Shown in pieces: positions 28,240 to 37,893 of a stretch of DNA of 64,000 nucleotides. Below the pieces are notes generated by a model. That model saw nothing but the letters and a program-made list of their open reading frames with translations, was not told where the DNA came from and did no database searches. How positions within the stretch are numbered: position 1 is the first letter of the stretch; each line of letters begins with the position of its first letter. A program made the translations under genes and the position numbers. Origin of the DNA: an uncultured Alphaproteobacteria bacterium (GTDB taxonomy: Bacteria; Pseudomonadota; Alphaproteobacteria; Acetobacterales; Acetobacteraceae); the NCBI GenBank assembly GCA_963812585.1, contig CAWEVT010000008.1, positions 24,576 to 88,575 on the forward strand, in the 5' to 3' direction.

Positions 28240-28794
28240 CTAGTTCAGCAGTGCGCGAAGTGCTTCGAGCTCCCGTAGGGCGTGCAGCAGCAGCGCACGC
28301 AGGCGATCGCCCTCCAGGTCCGGCCTGGCACGTGTTGTCGTGCGGCCAGCATGCGCCAGGGACGGAGGAGCCGGCGCGAGTTCCAGACCCGGGATCATCA
28401 GCGGACCCTCCGCGGGCGGGTTCGCCTTCTCCGCCTCGGCCGCGGCGCGTTCGTCCGCGGTCGGCGGCGGAATGTCGTCGGACAGCTGGCCGCCGCCCTC
28501 CCGCAACAGCCGTTGCACACCTTTGATGGTATACCCTTGGGTATAGAGGAGATCAGCAATCCGGCGCAGCAGGAAGATGTCGTCAGGCCGATAGTAACGC
28601 CGGCCACCACCGCGCTTCAGTGGTTTCACCTGGGAAAACTTTGTCTCCCAGAAGCGCAGAACATGCTGTGGAATGTGAAGATCGTCCGCTACTTCACTGA
28701 TAGTGCGAAAAGCATTGGGCGCTTTCCTGGGCCGGGCTCGCGCGCCCGGATCATGTTCGCTCTGCCGGTGGCCATCGCTCACGTCGATGTCCAT
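28240..28794 (-). CDS. MerR-family transcriptional regulator (the ihfA-linked type)
   Basis: 184 aa. [44 protein letters not shown] helix-turn-helix. Confidence 0.85.
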   Translation of the reverse strand: MDIDVSDGHRQSEHDPGARARPRKAPNAFRTISEVADDLHIPQHVLRFWETKFSQVKPLKRGGGRRYYRPDDIFLLRRIADLLYTQGYTIKGVQRLLREGGGQLSDDIPPPTADERAAAEAEKANPPAEGPLMIPGLELAPAPPSLAHAGRTTTRARPDLEGDRLRALLLHALRELEALRALLN

Positions 28795-28848
28795 GGCCCG
28801 CGATCCGGCTCAGCGCCCGGGCGACGAAATCCATCTATGGCACGAAAA

Positions 28849-29160
28849 TCATTCATCGTCGTCCGGACCGGGCGTAGTTCCGTTGACGTGAGCCTTCAGC
28901 ACATGGCTCGGACGGAAGACCAGAACGCGTCGCGGCAGGATCGGCACTTCTTCGCCGGTCTTCGGATTGCGACCGATCCGACGCCCCTTTTGTCTGACAG
29001 AAAAGGTTCCGAAGCCACTGATTTTAACCGTTTCTCCCCGCTCCAGCCGAGACGCAATGCGATCCAGGACGTCTTCCAGCAAGTCTGCGGACTCGTTGCG
29101 CGAAAGCCCGACCTGCGTGTAGATCATCTCGGCAATATGAGCGCGGGTTATCGTCAGCAT
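28849..29160 (-). CDS. ihfA: Integration host factor subunit alpha
   Basis: 103 aa. [66 protein letters not shown]. Confidence 0.92.
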   Translation of the reverse strand: MLTITRAHIAEMIYTQVGLSRNESADLLEDVLDRIASRLERGETVKISGFGTFSVRQKGRRIGRNPKTGEEVPILPRRVLVFRPSHVLKAHVNGTTPGPDDDE

Positions 29161-29251
29161 AGCACGACGCTAGGCAGATCATACCGGCGCGTCAAGAATA
29201 TTGAATACTAAAAATCGCTCAGGATCAGAGGTTTGCAGTCGATCATGCCAG

Positions 29252-30247
29252 TCACACGCGAATCAGAGCTGAGCCCCAGGCCAGGCCACCCCCAAGCGCT
29301 TCCAGCAGAATGAGATGACCAGGGCGGATGCGACCGTCCCGCCGAGCTTCGGTCAGGGCCAGGGGAACCGACGCCGCCGAGGTGTTTGCGTGTCGGTCGA
29401 CTGTCACCACCACCTGCCCGGCCCGCAGCCCGAGCTTGCGTCCCATCGCATCGATGATCCGCCGGTTGGCCTGATGCGGCACAAGCCAATCGATGTCGGC
29501 GCGGGTCAGGCCATTGGCCGCCAGGGCTTCCTCGACCGCCTCTGCCAGCCGGATAACCGCGTGGCGGAAGACTTCGCGACCGTTCATCACCAGATGGCCG
29601 GGCTTGTCCGGCTGGCCAACCGCACCATCGACGTAAAGGATATCGCCCAGCGTGCCCTGGGCATGGATGTGAGTGGACAGGATGCCTCTTCGCCCGGCTC
29701 GCCCGGAGACGTCCTCGCCCCACTGGCACTCCTCGCCCGCGCGCAGGAACACCGCGCCCGCACCATCGCCAAACAGCACGCAGGTACCCCGGTCCTCCCA
29801 GTTGAGAATGCGGGAGTAGACCTCGCTGCCGATCACCAGGATGCCGCGTGCCTGGCCGCTGCGGATCATGCTGTCGGCAATCGACAGGCCGTAGATGAAA
29901 CCGGCGCAGGCCGCTGACAGATCGAAACCGAAGCCGCGTGTCACCCCGAGCGCTGCCTGAACGCGCAGCGCGGTGGCCGGAAAGGCCTGATCCGGTGTGC
30001 TCGTCGCCAGGATGATACCGTCCACGTCCGCGGCCGTCGCCCCGGCGTCCGTCAGAGCCTCGCGCGCCGCCGCCGTGCCCATGAAGGCTGCGGTCTCGTG
30101 CCGAGCCGCCAGATGCCGCTGCCGGATACCGGTGCGCTCTCGTATCCACTCATCCGAGGTGTCGACCGTCCGGGAGAGTTCGTCGTTGGTCACGACCCGT
30201 TCAGGCAGATAGCCACCGCAACCGGCGAGGATGGAACGAGGCGGCAT
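29252..30247 (-). CDS. fabH: Beta-ketoacyl-ACP synthase III
   Basis: 331 aa. DTSDEWIRERTGIRQRH, active-site ACAGF, HQANRRII, and a GGGLAWG tail. Confidence 0.92.
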   Translation of the reverse strand: MPPRSILAGCGGYLPERVVTNDELSRTVDTSDEWIRERTGIRQRHLAARHETAAFMGTAAAREALTDAGATAADVDGIILATSTPDQAFPATALRVQAALGVTRGFGFDLSAACAGFIYGLSIADSMIRSGQARGILVIGSEVYSRILNWEDRGTCVLFGDGAGAVFLRAGEECQWGEDVSGRAGRRGILSTHIHAQGTLGDILYVDGAVGQPDKPGHLVMNGREVFRHAVIRLAEAVEEALAANGLTRADIDWLVPHQANRRIIDAMGRKLGLRAGQVVVTVDRHANTSAASVPLALTEARRDGRIRPGHLILLEALGGGLAWGSALIRV

Positions 30248-30258
30248 GTGTGTCCTGA

Positions 30259-31563
30259 TCAGGCGGTGGTGAGATGACCGTCATTGGTCGAGGCCGGTCG
30301 CTGCGCCGCTTCCTGCGGCAGGACCGGTTGCGGTCCGAGCGGCAGCGACACGACCGGTTGAGACCCCACGATCCGGGAGCCGGCGGCTGGCGAGCCGGTC
30401 GGTTGCAGCTCGGCGGCTGTGCGGTCGCCCACCGGCCCATCTCCGACCCGCTGGGTGGCGTCCCCCGCGCCGTCGCCCGCCCCGCCCGCGCCGGCAGCGT
30501 CGCCCTGTTCGACCAGCGGAACCCTTCGGACGCCCTTGTCGTCGCGTATGGTCTTCTCCGCCGCAAGGTTCTTGTCCAACCCCAGGCGTGCCAGATCTTC
30601 CCGGATACGCGCGGTGAACCGATGCACCACCATGTCCATGGCGACGTCGACCGCGTGCGCAAAGCCCAGCGCGTCAGTGCCGCCGTGCGATTTTACCACA
30701 ACCCCGTTGAGCCCGACCATCACGCCGCCGTTGTAGCGTCTCGGGTCGAGCCATTCGCGCAACCGGTCCAGACCCGGCCGCACCAGCAGGTAGGCAACCT
30801 TCGCGAGTATGCCGCTGGTGAAGACCTGCCGGAGAAACTCCGAAATCAACTTGAGGGCGCCCTCGCCGGTCTTTAGCGCCACGTTGCCGGTGAAGCCGTC
30901 AGTGACCACCACGTCGGTGGTGCCGGCGGCAATGTCATGACCCTCGACGAACCCGTGAAACTGTGGTCCGAGGTAGCTGGCACGAAGGATCTCGGCTGCC
31001 TCGCGGACGGTGTCGTCACCTTTCAGCTCCTCCGAGCCGACGTTCAGCAATCCGATGGTCGGCGCGGTCAGCCCCAGCACGGTGCGCGCGAAGAGGTCGC
31101 CCATCACCGCGAACTCCACCAGGTTGCGCACATCGCACTGCACGTTGGCGCCGAGGTCGAGCAACACCACGTCGCCGCGCGCGGAGGGGCCGATCGCCGC
31201 CATCGCCGGCCGGTCGATGCCGGGCAGCGCCTTGATCACGATCTTGGCCAGGGCGAGCAGGGCGCCGGTGTTGCCCGCCGAAACCAGACCGCTCGCCTCG
31301 CCGGTCGCGACGGCGTCGATGGCGATGCGCATCGACGACTGACGGCTGCGCAGCGCGGCGGTCGGCTTCATCTCGTTGTCGATGACGTCGGGAGCGTGCC
31401 TTACGGTGCAGGCCGCGCGTGCCCGCTTGTTGCGCCCGAGCAAGGCGGTGAGGGCCGGCTCGTCGCCGACCAGCAGGAAACGCGCCGCCGGGTGCCGCTC
31501 CGCGGCATATTCCAGACCCTGGACCACCATCTCGGGCGCTCCGTCGCCCCCCATGGCATCCAC
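30259..31563 (-). CDS. plsX: Phosphate acyltransferase PlsX with an atypical C-terminal extension of about 100 aa; start uncertain
   Basis: Conserved AVDAMGGDGAP..SAGNTGA..VVKSHGG core. The only start between the rpmF stop and the core is GTG 31563, immediately before DAMGGD. The ATG codons at 31686, 31677 and 31674 would overlap rpmF. The tail after ..HRFTARIREDLARLG is Gly/Ala/Pro-rich. Confidence 0.8.
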   Translation of the reverse strand: MDAMGGDGAPEMVVQGLEYAAERHPAARFLLVGDEPALTALLGRNKRARAACTVRHAPDVIDNEMKPTAALRSRQSSMRIAIDAVATGEASGLVSAGNTGALLALAKIVIKALPGIDRPAMAAIGPSARGDVVLLDLGANVQCDVRNLVEFAVMGDLFARTVLGLTAPTIGLLNVGSEELKGDDTVREAAEILRASYLGPQFHGFVEGHDIAAGTTDVVVTDGFTGNVALKTGEGALKLISEFLRQVFTSGILAKVAYLLVRPGLDRLREWLDPRRYNGGVMVGLNGVVVKSHGGTDALGFAHAVDVAMDMVVHRFTARIREDLARLGLDKNLAAEKTIRDDKGVRRVPLVEQGDAAGAGGAGDGAGDATQRVGDGPVGDRTAAELQPTGSPAAGSRIVGSQPVVSLPLGPQPVLPQEAAQRPASTNDGHLTTA

Positions 31564-31618
31564 AGCAAGGGTGAAGGCGCAGGTCGCAGGCGGCGGAGAG
31601 GCACGCCGCGACCCGGCC

Positions 31619-31823
31619 TCAGACGCGGACAGCGCCCCGCAGCGGCTTGCCGGCTGCGACGACTTCGCGCCCATCATAGTAGCCACAATGACTGCACACG
31701 TGGTGCGGCCGCTTCAACTCCCCGCAGTTGGCGCATTCGGCGTGTGCCTCGTGCGGGAGGGCCTGATGACTCCGCCGCATCCCGGCACGGGACGGCGAGG
31801 TCTTTCTCTTCGGGTACGGCCAT
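31619..31823 (-). pseudogene. rpmF: 50S ribosomal protein L32, out of frame in codon 4 as written
   Basis: ATG 31823 reads MAVP. The conserved [40 protein letters not shown] continues in the +1 frame to TGA (31619-31621). Dropping one G of the GGG at 31812-31814 restores [12 protein letters not shown]. Confidence 0.8.
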
Positions 31824-31965
31824 CGGATGAGGACCCTTCTGAAACGACGTGGGCTCCGCGACCGGTGGTCACGAAAACGATCCACATTTGGACAAAACGC
31901 GAGCGGCGGCGTCTAGCAGAGCGTCCGCCCGATCGCAATGGCTGTTCCTTCCCCGAACAGTCCCC

Positions 31966-33888
31966 TCATTGTAAGCCCCTCGGCAATTCCTTGGAAGAAC
32001 CGGAGGGAAAACCCTCCGACCGCCCCCGGGCCGGGCTCTCAGGCAATCTCCCAGACAATACCTGACGTGTTTGTGACGCAATGTCGGACGGTCCGCGATG
32101 CAGCGTGGCCAGTATCTGTGAATTGTCACGGATCACCAGCATGCGGCGGATTTTCTGTGACGGCGTCAGCAGGCCGTTTTCCACGGTAAACGGCGCGACC
32201 ACGGCATGCTTGCGAATGCGCTCGGTCACCGATAACCGCAGGTTGGTTCGGTTTACCGCCATCGCCGCGGCCACATCATCGTAGCCCTGCGCCGGCACGA
32301 CCAGCGCGCTCAGGCCGCTTCGACCGTCCCCGGCGACCACGGCCTGCGCGATCTCCACCTCGGCCATCAGCATGCCCTCGATCTTGGCCGGGGAGATGTT
32401 CTCGCCCCCGGACAGCACGATCATGTCCTTCTTGCGGTCCGTGATACGCAGATAGTCGTCGTCGAGCTCACCGATGTCGCCGGTGTGCAGCCAACCATCC
32501 CGGATCGCGGCGGCGGTGTCTTGCGGGCGGTTCCAGTAGCCGTCCATGACCAGCCCGCCGCGAACCAGGATCTCGCCGTCGTCGGCGATTCGAACCTCGA
32601 CGCCATGCAGGACCTTGCCCACGGTATCGATCCGGATCGCATTGGGCGGATTGGCGCTGATGACAGGGCCCGCCTCGGTCTGGCCATAGCCCTGCATGAT
32701 CTTCAGCCCCAGGGCGAGGAAGAAGCGGCCGACCTCCGGTTCCAGGCGAGCCCCACCTGATGTCGCGGCTACCAGGCGGCCGCCGAACCGCGCCCGCACC
32801 TTGGCGCGCACCAGTCGGTCCAGCACCCCGTCGGCCAGTCGCTCGAGTAGTCCCAGCGCTATTTGGTCGACGCGTTTCATGCCGATGTCGAGCGCGGCGT
32901 GGAACAGATACTGGCGCCACGGCTTTTCGCGCGCCACCTGGGTCAGGACACGGGCACGAATGATCTCCAGCACACGCGGGACCGCGGTCAGGATCGTCGG
33001 GCGCACCTCCAGCATATCCGCCGCCAGATGTTCGACCCCACGGGCGTAGACGATCTCGGTGCCGATGCTGGCAAAGAAAAACTGGCCCACCGTGTGCTCG
33101 TAGCTGTGCGCCAGCGGCAGATACGACAGGTAGATTTCGTCTTTCAGATGCAGCGGGCGGACCAGTTCGAACGCACCCTCACAATTTGACAGAATGCAGC
33201 GATGCGGCAGCATCACCCCCCGAGGTGCGCCGCCGGTGCCGGAGGTGTAGATAAGGCAGGCCAGCGCGGTCGCCGGAATCGAGGCCACTTCCCATTCGAT
33301 GTCGTCCGGCGACTGCTGATCGCCCACCAGGTCGGCCCAGGCCAGCGCACCGCGCACAGCTTCCTCATCCGGCGGAAACCCATCCATCACCACGAGCAGA
33401 TCAAGCTCGGCCGAGCGATCCCCCGGCCGCTCCGCTGGCTGATTGGCGGCGCGGTCGCCCGGGCCATCCACCGGCCGCCCGGACCCCTTCGCCGCCGCCC
33501 TGGCCATCGCCTGCCGCACTTTCTCCGCCAGCGCGGCCGAGGACACGATCGCCGACCGCGCGCCCGAATCGCGCAACAGGTGCGCGTGATCATCGACCGT
33601 ATTGGTGGTGTAGGACGGCACCGGCACGGCTCGGATCGCCATGAGCGCGGTCTCGGCGATCGGGTACTCCGGCCGGTTTTCCGCACAGATCAGCACGCGG
33701 TCGCCGGCAGACACACCGGCTGCCCGAAGATGCCGCGAGCAGGATGCAGTCATGCGGCCGAATTCGCCCCAGGTGATCGAGTGCCATAAGCCGTGTCGAT
33801 GGAACCTCAGCATTGGCCTGTCCGGCCGGGCGCGAGCCAATGCGAACATCATAACGGCCAGGTTCGGCCAGGTCGGATAGATTTGCAC
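31966..33888 (-). CDS. Long-chain fatty-acid--CoA ligase (AMP-dependent synthetase)
   Basis: GTG 33888 follows GGAGGAAGC (VQIYPTWPNLAVMMF..). AMP-binding motif YTSGTGGAPRGVMLPH, GYGQTEAGP, TGDIGELDDDYLRITDRKKD. Confidence 0.85.
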   Translation of the reverse strand: MQIYPTWPNLAVMMFALARARPDRPMLRFHRHGLWHSITWGEFGRMTASCSRHLRAAGVSAGDRVLICAENRPEYPIAETALMAIRAVPVPSYTTNTVDDHAHLLRDSGARSAIVSSAALAEKVRQAMARAAAKGSGRPVDGPGDRAANQPAERPGDRSAELDLLVVMDGFPPDEEAVRGALAWADLVGDQQSPDDIEWEVASIPATALACLIYTSGTGGAPRGVMLPHRCILSNCEGAFELVRPLHLKDEIYLSYLPLAHSYEHTVGQFFFASIGTEIVYARGVEHLAADMLEVRPTILTAVPRVLEIIRARVLTQVAREKPWRQYLFHAALDIGMKRVDQIALGLLERLADGVLDRLVRAKVRARFGGRLVAATSGGARLEPEVGRFFLALGLKIMQGYGQTEAGPVISANPPNAIRIDTVGKVLHGVEVRIADDGEILVRGGLVMDGYWNRPQDTAAAIRDGWLHTGDIGELDDDYLRITDRKKDMIVLSGGENISPAKIEGMLMAEVEIAQAVVAGDGRSGLSALVVPAQGYDDVAAAMAVNRTNLRLSVTERIRKHAVVAPFTVENGLLTPSQKIRRMLVIRDNSQILATLHRGPSDIASQTRQVLSGRLPESPARGRSEGFPSGSSKELPRGLQ

Positions 33889-33977
33889 GCTTCCTCCGGC
33901 GTGGGGCGCCCGCAACCGGCACTCCCTTTTCCTCGGGCGTTCCTAGCCTACATGTCGGGATTACGCAGCAGGGCTCG

Positions 33978-34052
33978 GTCTGGCACAATCCCGTCTGGCA
34001 CAATCCCGTCTGGCACAATCCGGTCCGGAACAATCCGGTCCGGCACAACCGG
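33978..34052. repeat. Five tandem copies of a 15-bp unit (GTCTGGCACAATCCC and variants)
   Basis: Units start at 33978, 33993, 34008, 34023 and 34038. The first three are near-identical and the last two diverge (GTCCGGAACAATCCG, GTCCGGCACAACCGG). Located in the divergent acyl-CoA synthetase/pepF promoter region. Confidence 0.9.
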
Positions 34053-34105
34053 GTCGAGCAAACGTCGCTGGCTTCCGACCGACGAACCAAGGACAGAGCA
34101 ATAAA

Positions 34106-35887
34106 ATGAACGACGTGAGCGCCGCTTCAGTCAGCCCCTTGCCGACCTGGGACCTGTCCGACCTGTATCCTTCCCCGGACGATCCGGCTGTGGCGGCGGA
34201 CATATTACGTGCCCAGGACCTGGTCCGGAGCTTCGTCGCCGCCTATGCCGGCAAGCTCGCCGGCCTGCCCGGGGCCACGATTGCCGCCGCGATTGTCGAA
34301 TACGAGCGCATCGAGGAAACCCTCGGCCGCCTCTCGTCCTACGCGCAATTGCTGTTTGCCGGCGACTCCACCGATCCCGCCATCGGACAGTTCTACCAGA
34401 CGATCAGGGAACAGGTGACGGCGATCAGCAGCGATCTGATCTTCTTCACGCTGGAACTGAACCGCGTGAGCGATGCGGTGCTGGAGGCGAAGCTCGTCGA
34501 CCCGGCGCTCGCACACTATGGGCCCTGGCTGCGCGACCTGCGTGTTTTCCGGCCGCATCAGATGACTGACGATCTGGAGAAAATCAGCCACGAGCGGGAC
34601 CTCACCGCGAACAGCGCGTGGGTTCGCCTGTTCGACGAGACGATCGCTGCCATGCGGATCAGGCTCGACGACAAGGACCTGACGGTCAGCGACGCGCTGA
34701 ACAAGCTGTCGGACCGCGATCGATCGGTGCGCGAGGTCGCTGGCAAGGCCATCGGCGCCGCTTTCGGCGACAATCTCCGGCTGTTCTCGCTGATCACCAA
34801 CACCTTGGCCAAGGACAAGGAGATCGAGGACACCTGGCGCCACTACCCGAGGCCCGGCAGCGCGCGCAATCGCGGCAATATGGTCGAGGACGAGGTCGTC
34901 GACGCGCTGGCCACCGCCGTGCGGCAGTCCTATCCGCGCTTGTCGCACCGCTACTATCAGATGAAGGCACGCTGGCTGGGGCTGCCAAAATTGCAGCACT
35001 GGGATCGCAACGCGCCGCTGCCAAGCGACGATGACAGGCATATTCAGTGGGCGGAGGCGCGCGATCAGGTGCTGACCGCGTATGGCGCATTCAGCCCGGA
35101 ACTTGCCTCGGTCGGCCGCCGGTTCTTCGACCAGCCGTGGATCGACGCGCGGCTGAAACCCGGCAAGGCCGGCGGCGCCTTCGCGCACCCGACGGTACCC
35201 GGCGTGCATCCCTATTTGTTGCTGAACTATCACGGCAAGACGCGCGACGTGATGACCCTGGCGCACGAACTCGGACACGGGGTGCATCAGGTCGTCGCGG
35301 CAAAGCAGGGCTACCTGATGTCCGGCACGCCGCTGACCCTGGCGGAGACGGCGAGCGTCTTCGGCGAAATGCTGACGTTCCGCTCGCTGCTGGACAGCGC
35401 AACGCCGGCGCAGCGTCGGATCATGCTGGCGGCGAAGACCGAGGACATGCTGAACACGGTGGTTCGCCAGGTCGCCTTTTACCAGTTCGAGACGCTGCTG
35501 CATGATGAGCGGCGATCCGGCGAACTGCTGCCGGAACGGATCGGCCAGCTATGGATGCAGGTGCAGACCGAAAGCCTCGGACCAGCGTTCGAATTCACCC
35601 CTGAATACAGCGTCTTCTGGTCATACGTGCCGCACTTCGTCCATTCGCCCTTCTACGTGTATGCCTACGCGTTCGGCGACTGTCTGGTGAACGCGCTGTA
35701 CTCGGTGTTTCAGGGCGGCCACCCGGGGTTCCAGGCGAAATACCTGGACATGCTGCGGGCCGGTGGCACCAAGCGGCACAAGGAGTTGCTGGCGCCGTTC
35801 GGGCTGGATGCGTCCGACCCCGCTTTCTGGAACAAGGGACTGGACGTGATCTCCGGCTTCATCGATGAACTGGAGACCGAGGCTTAA
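34106..35887 (+). CDS. pepF: M3-family oligoendopeptidase F
   Basis: 593 aa with the HELGHGVH zinc motif and the typical N-terminal WDLSDLYPSPDD. Confidence 0.9.
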   Translation: MNDVSAASVSPLPTWDLSDLYPSPDDPAVAADILRAQDLVRSFVAAYAGKLAGLPGATIAAAIVEYERIEETLGRLSSYAQLLFAGDSTDPAIGQFYQTIREQVTAISSDLIFFTLELNRVSDAVLEAKLVDPALAHYGPWLRDLRVFRPHQMTDDLEKISHERDLTANSAWVRLFDETIAAMRIRLDDKDLTVSDALNKLSDRDRSVREVAGKAIGAAFGDNLRLFSLITNTLAKDKEIEDTWRHYPRPGSARNRGNMVEDEVVDALATAVRQSYPRLSHRYYQMKARWLGLPKLQHWDRNAPLPSDDDRHIQWAEARDQVLTAYGAFSPELASVGRRFFDQPWIDARLKPGKAGGAFAHPTVPGVHPYLLLNYHGKTRDVMTLAHELGHGVHQVVAAKQGYLMSGTPLTLAETASVFGEMLTFRSLLDSATPAQRRIMLAAKTEDMLNTVVRQVAFYQFETLLHDERRSGELLPERIGQLWMQVQTESLGPAFEFTPEYSVFWSYVPHFVHSPFYVYAYAFGDCLVNALYSVFQGGHPGFQAKYLDMLRAGGTKRHKELLAPFGLDASDPAFWNKGLDVISGFIDELETEA

Positions 35888-35952
35888 GGGCGTCGGCGTC
35901 CGCGATAACCCGCCTTATCGCGTGCTCGGTGGCCGACACGAGGAGAAAGATC

Positions 35953-36465
35953 ATGAACGCCGACCAACTCCGCGCCTTGCAGGCGCCGTTGAAGCAGCAT
36001 TACCGCGACAACCCGGAGGCCGCGCGCGTTCCCGCCCGAGCCGAGGGCAGTCTCGACCCCGGCGACATCGCCTGCTCGGTGCATGGATGGCACGGCGATG
36101 TGACGGCCGGCCTGCACAAGGCCGGTGGTGGTTCGGGTGAACTGGCCTGCTCGGCCGACATGCTGCTGGAAGCACTGGTCGCTTGCGCCGGTGTGACGCT
36201 GCGAGCGGTGGCGACCGCGATGGGCGTGACGATCAGACAGGGGCGAGTCGTTGCCGATGGCGTTTGGGACGCACGCGGAACCCTCGGGATCGATCGCAGC
36301 GTGCCGGTCGGCCTGACCGAGATTTCGCTCCGCTTCGAGGTCGACAGTGACGCTGATCCCGCCAAGCTGGAGCGGATGATCCAGACGACCGAGCGGTATT
36401 GCGTAATCCTGCAGACGCTGAAGACCCCGCCGAAAGTGTCGTTCAGCGTCCAGGCGGCGGCGTAG
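35953..36465 (+). CDS. OsmC/Ohr-family peroxiredoxin-like protein
   Basis: ATG 35953 follows AGGAGAAAGATC. ..ACSADMLLEALVACAGVTL..TERYCVILQTL. Confidence 0.82.
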   Translation: MNADQLRALQAPLKQHYRDNPEAARVPARAEGSLDPGDIACSVHGWHGDVTAGLHKAGGGSGELACSADMLLEALVACAGVTLRAVATAMGVTIRQGRVVADGVWDARGTLGIDRSVPVGLTEISLRFEVDSDADPAKLERMIQTTERYCVILQTLKTPPKVSFSVQAAA

Positions 36466-36534
36466 TCGCGACCGCTTGCCGCCAACCCGCCCGGCTGCGA
36501 TCCTGAAAGCGGGGAAGCCGCCAGGAGATTGCCA

Positions 36535-37893
36535 ATGAGCGATACGCTGCCGACCGCGACGCGGGTGTCCGACCCTGGAATCCGCGCGCTGTACCGCTTG
36601 GAGAACCGGTGGCAGGCCTGGCTGGACGTGGAGGTCGCACTGGCAGGCGCCCAGGCGGAGCTGGGTGTCATCCCCGCAGCCGCGGCCGAGGCGATCGCTT
36701 CGGCCGCAAGGCTCGACAAGATGGACCGCGCGCGGATCGACGAGGGCTTTGCCCGCACCGGCCACACCATCGTTCCGCTGGTCTGGGAACTCGGCCGCAT
36801 CGTCGGTGATCCCCATGGTGGCTGGGTCCACTGGGGCGCCACCACGCAGAACATCACCCAGACCGGCGACCTGCTCGTGTTGCGTCAGGCGCATCAGGTG
36901 TTCCTGCGGCTGATCGGGCAGGTCTTGTCGGCGATGGCCGATCTGGCCGAGCGGGGGGCCGAGATGCCGATCGCCGGCCGCACCCATGGTCAGCACGCGG
37001 TGCCCGCCACCTTCGGCTACAAGGTTGCGGTCTGGATCGACGAACTGATCCGCCATGTCGAGCGCCTGCGTCAGGCAGCCCCCCGCCTGTTCGTCGCGAT
37101 GCTCGGCGGCGGGGCAGGGACCTACGCCTCGCTCGGCAAGAACGGGCCGCTTGTGCAGCAGGGCATCGGCCGCCTGCTTGGCTTCGGCTCGATGACCGTG
37201 CCGTCGCGCGCCATCGGCGATCACCTGGCGGAGAACATCTGCCTGCTGGGGCTGCTCGCCGCGACCTGCGGCAAGATCGGGCGTGAGATCTACACGCTGA
37301 TGAAGACCGAATTCGGCGAGGTCGAGGAACCCGTCCCGCCCGGCACCGTCGGCAGTTCGACCATGCCGCAGAAGCGCAATCCGAAGCTGTGCCAGGACAT
37401 CATCGCCGGCGCCGCCGAAATCCGCTCGCAGGTGCCGCTGGCCCTGGAAGCGATGACGACCGAGCACGAAGCCGACCGGACCACCAGCCTGATGATGGAC
37501 ACCGCCGAGTCACGCGCCTGCATCGCCACCGGCGACATGCTCAGCCGATTGCTCGAGGTCATGCTTGGCCTGCGTCTCGATCCGGTGCGGATGCGTGCCA
37601 ACCTCGACCTCGGCGGCGGGTTGATCATGGCGGAGGCGGTGATGCTCGACCTCGGGTTCGCCATCGGCCGGCAGCACGCTCATGACGCCGTGTACGACGC
37701 TGCCCAGGATGCCTTCACCCGGGGAAAATCATTTGGCGACCTGCTCGCCGCCGATCCCCGCGTCACCGCGCACATGACGCCTACCCAGATCAACCGGCTG
37801 CTCGACCCGACCGCCTACACCGGCCTATGCGCGGATATGGCCCGTCAAGGCGCGGCACGGGCACGGGACACTGCCAGGGACCTGCTGACTTGA
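36535..37893 (+). CDS. Class II fumarate-lyase superfamily enzyme (adenylosuccinate lyase / 3-carboxymuconate cycloisomerase-like)
   Basis: ATG 36535 follows AGGAGA. GSSTMPQKRNP signature, HWGATTQNITQTGD. Confidence 0.85.
   Translation: MSDTLPTATRVSDPGIRALYRLENRWQAWLDVEVALAGAQAELGVIPAAAAEAIASAARLDKMDRARIDEGFARTGHTIVPLVWELGRIVGDPHGGWVHWGATTQNITQTGDLLVLRQAHQVFLRLIGQVLSAMADLAERGAEMPIAGRTHGQHAVPATFGYKVAVWIDELIRHVERLRQAAPRLFVAMLGGGAGTYASLGKNGPLVQQGIGRLLGFGSMTVPSRAIGDHLAENICLLGLLAATCGKIGREIYTLMKTEFGEVEEPVPPGTVGSSTMPQKRNPKLCQDIIAGAAEIRSQVPLALEAMTTEHEADRTTSLMMDTAESRACIATGDMLSRLLEVMLGLRLDPVRMRANLDLGGGLIMAEAVMLDLGFAIGRQHAHDAVYDAAQDAFTRGKSFGDLLAADPRVTAHMTPTQINRLLDPTAYTGLCADMARQGAARARDTARDLLT

Noticed and set aside
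33978-34052. A sigma-54 promoter suggested by the repeated TGGCAC
   Set aside because: The required -12 element (TTGC, five bases after TGGCAC) is absent; the sequence there is CGTC in each unit.
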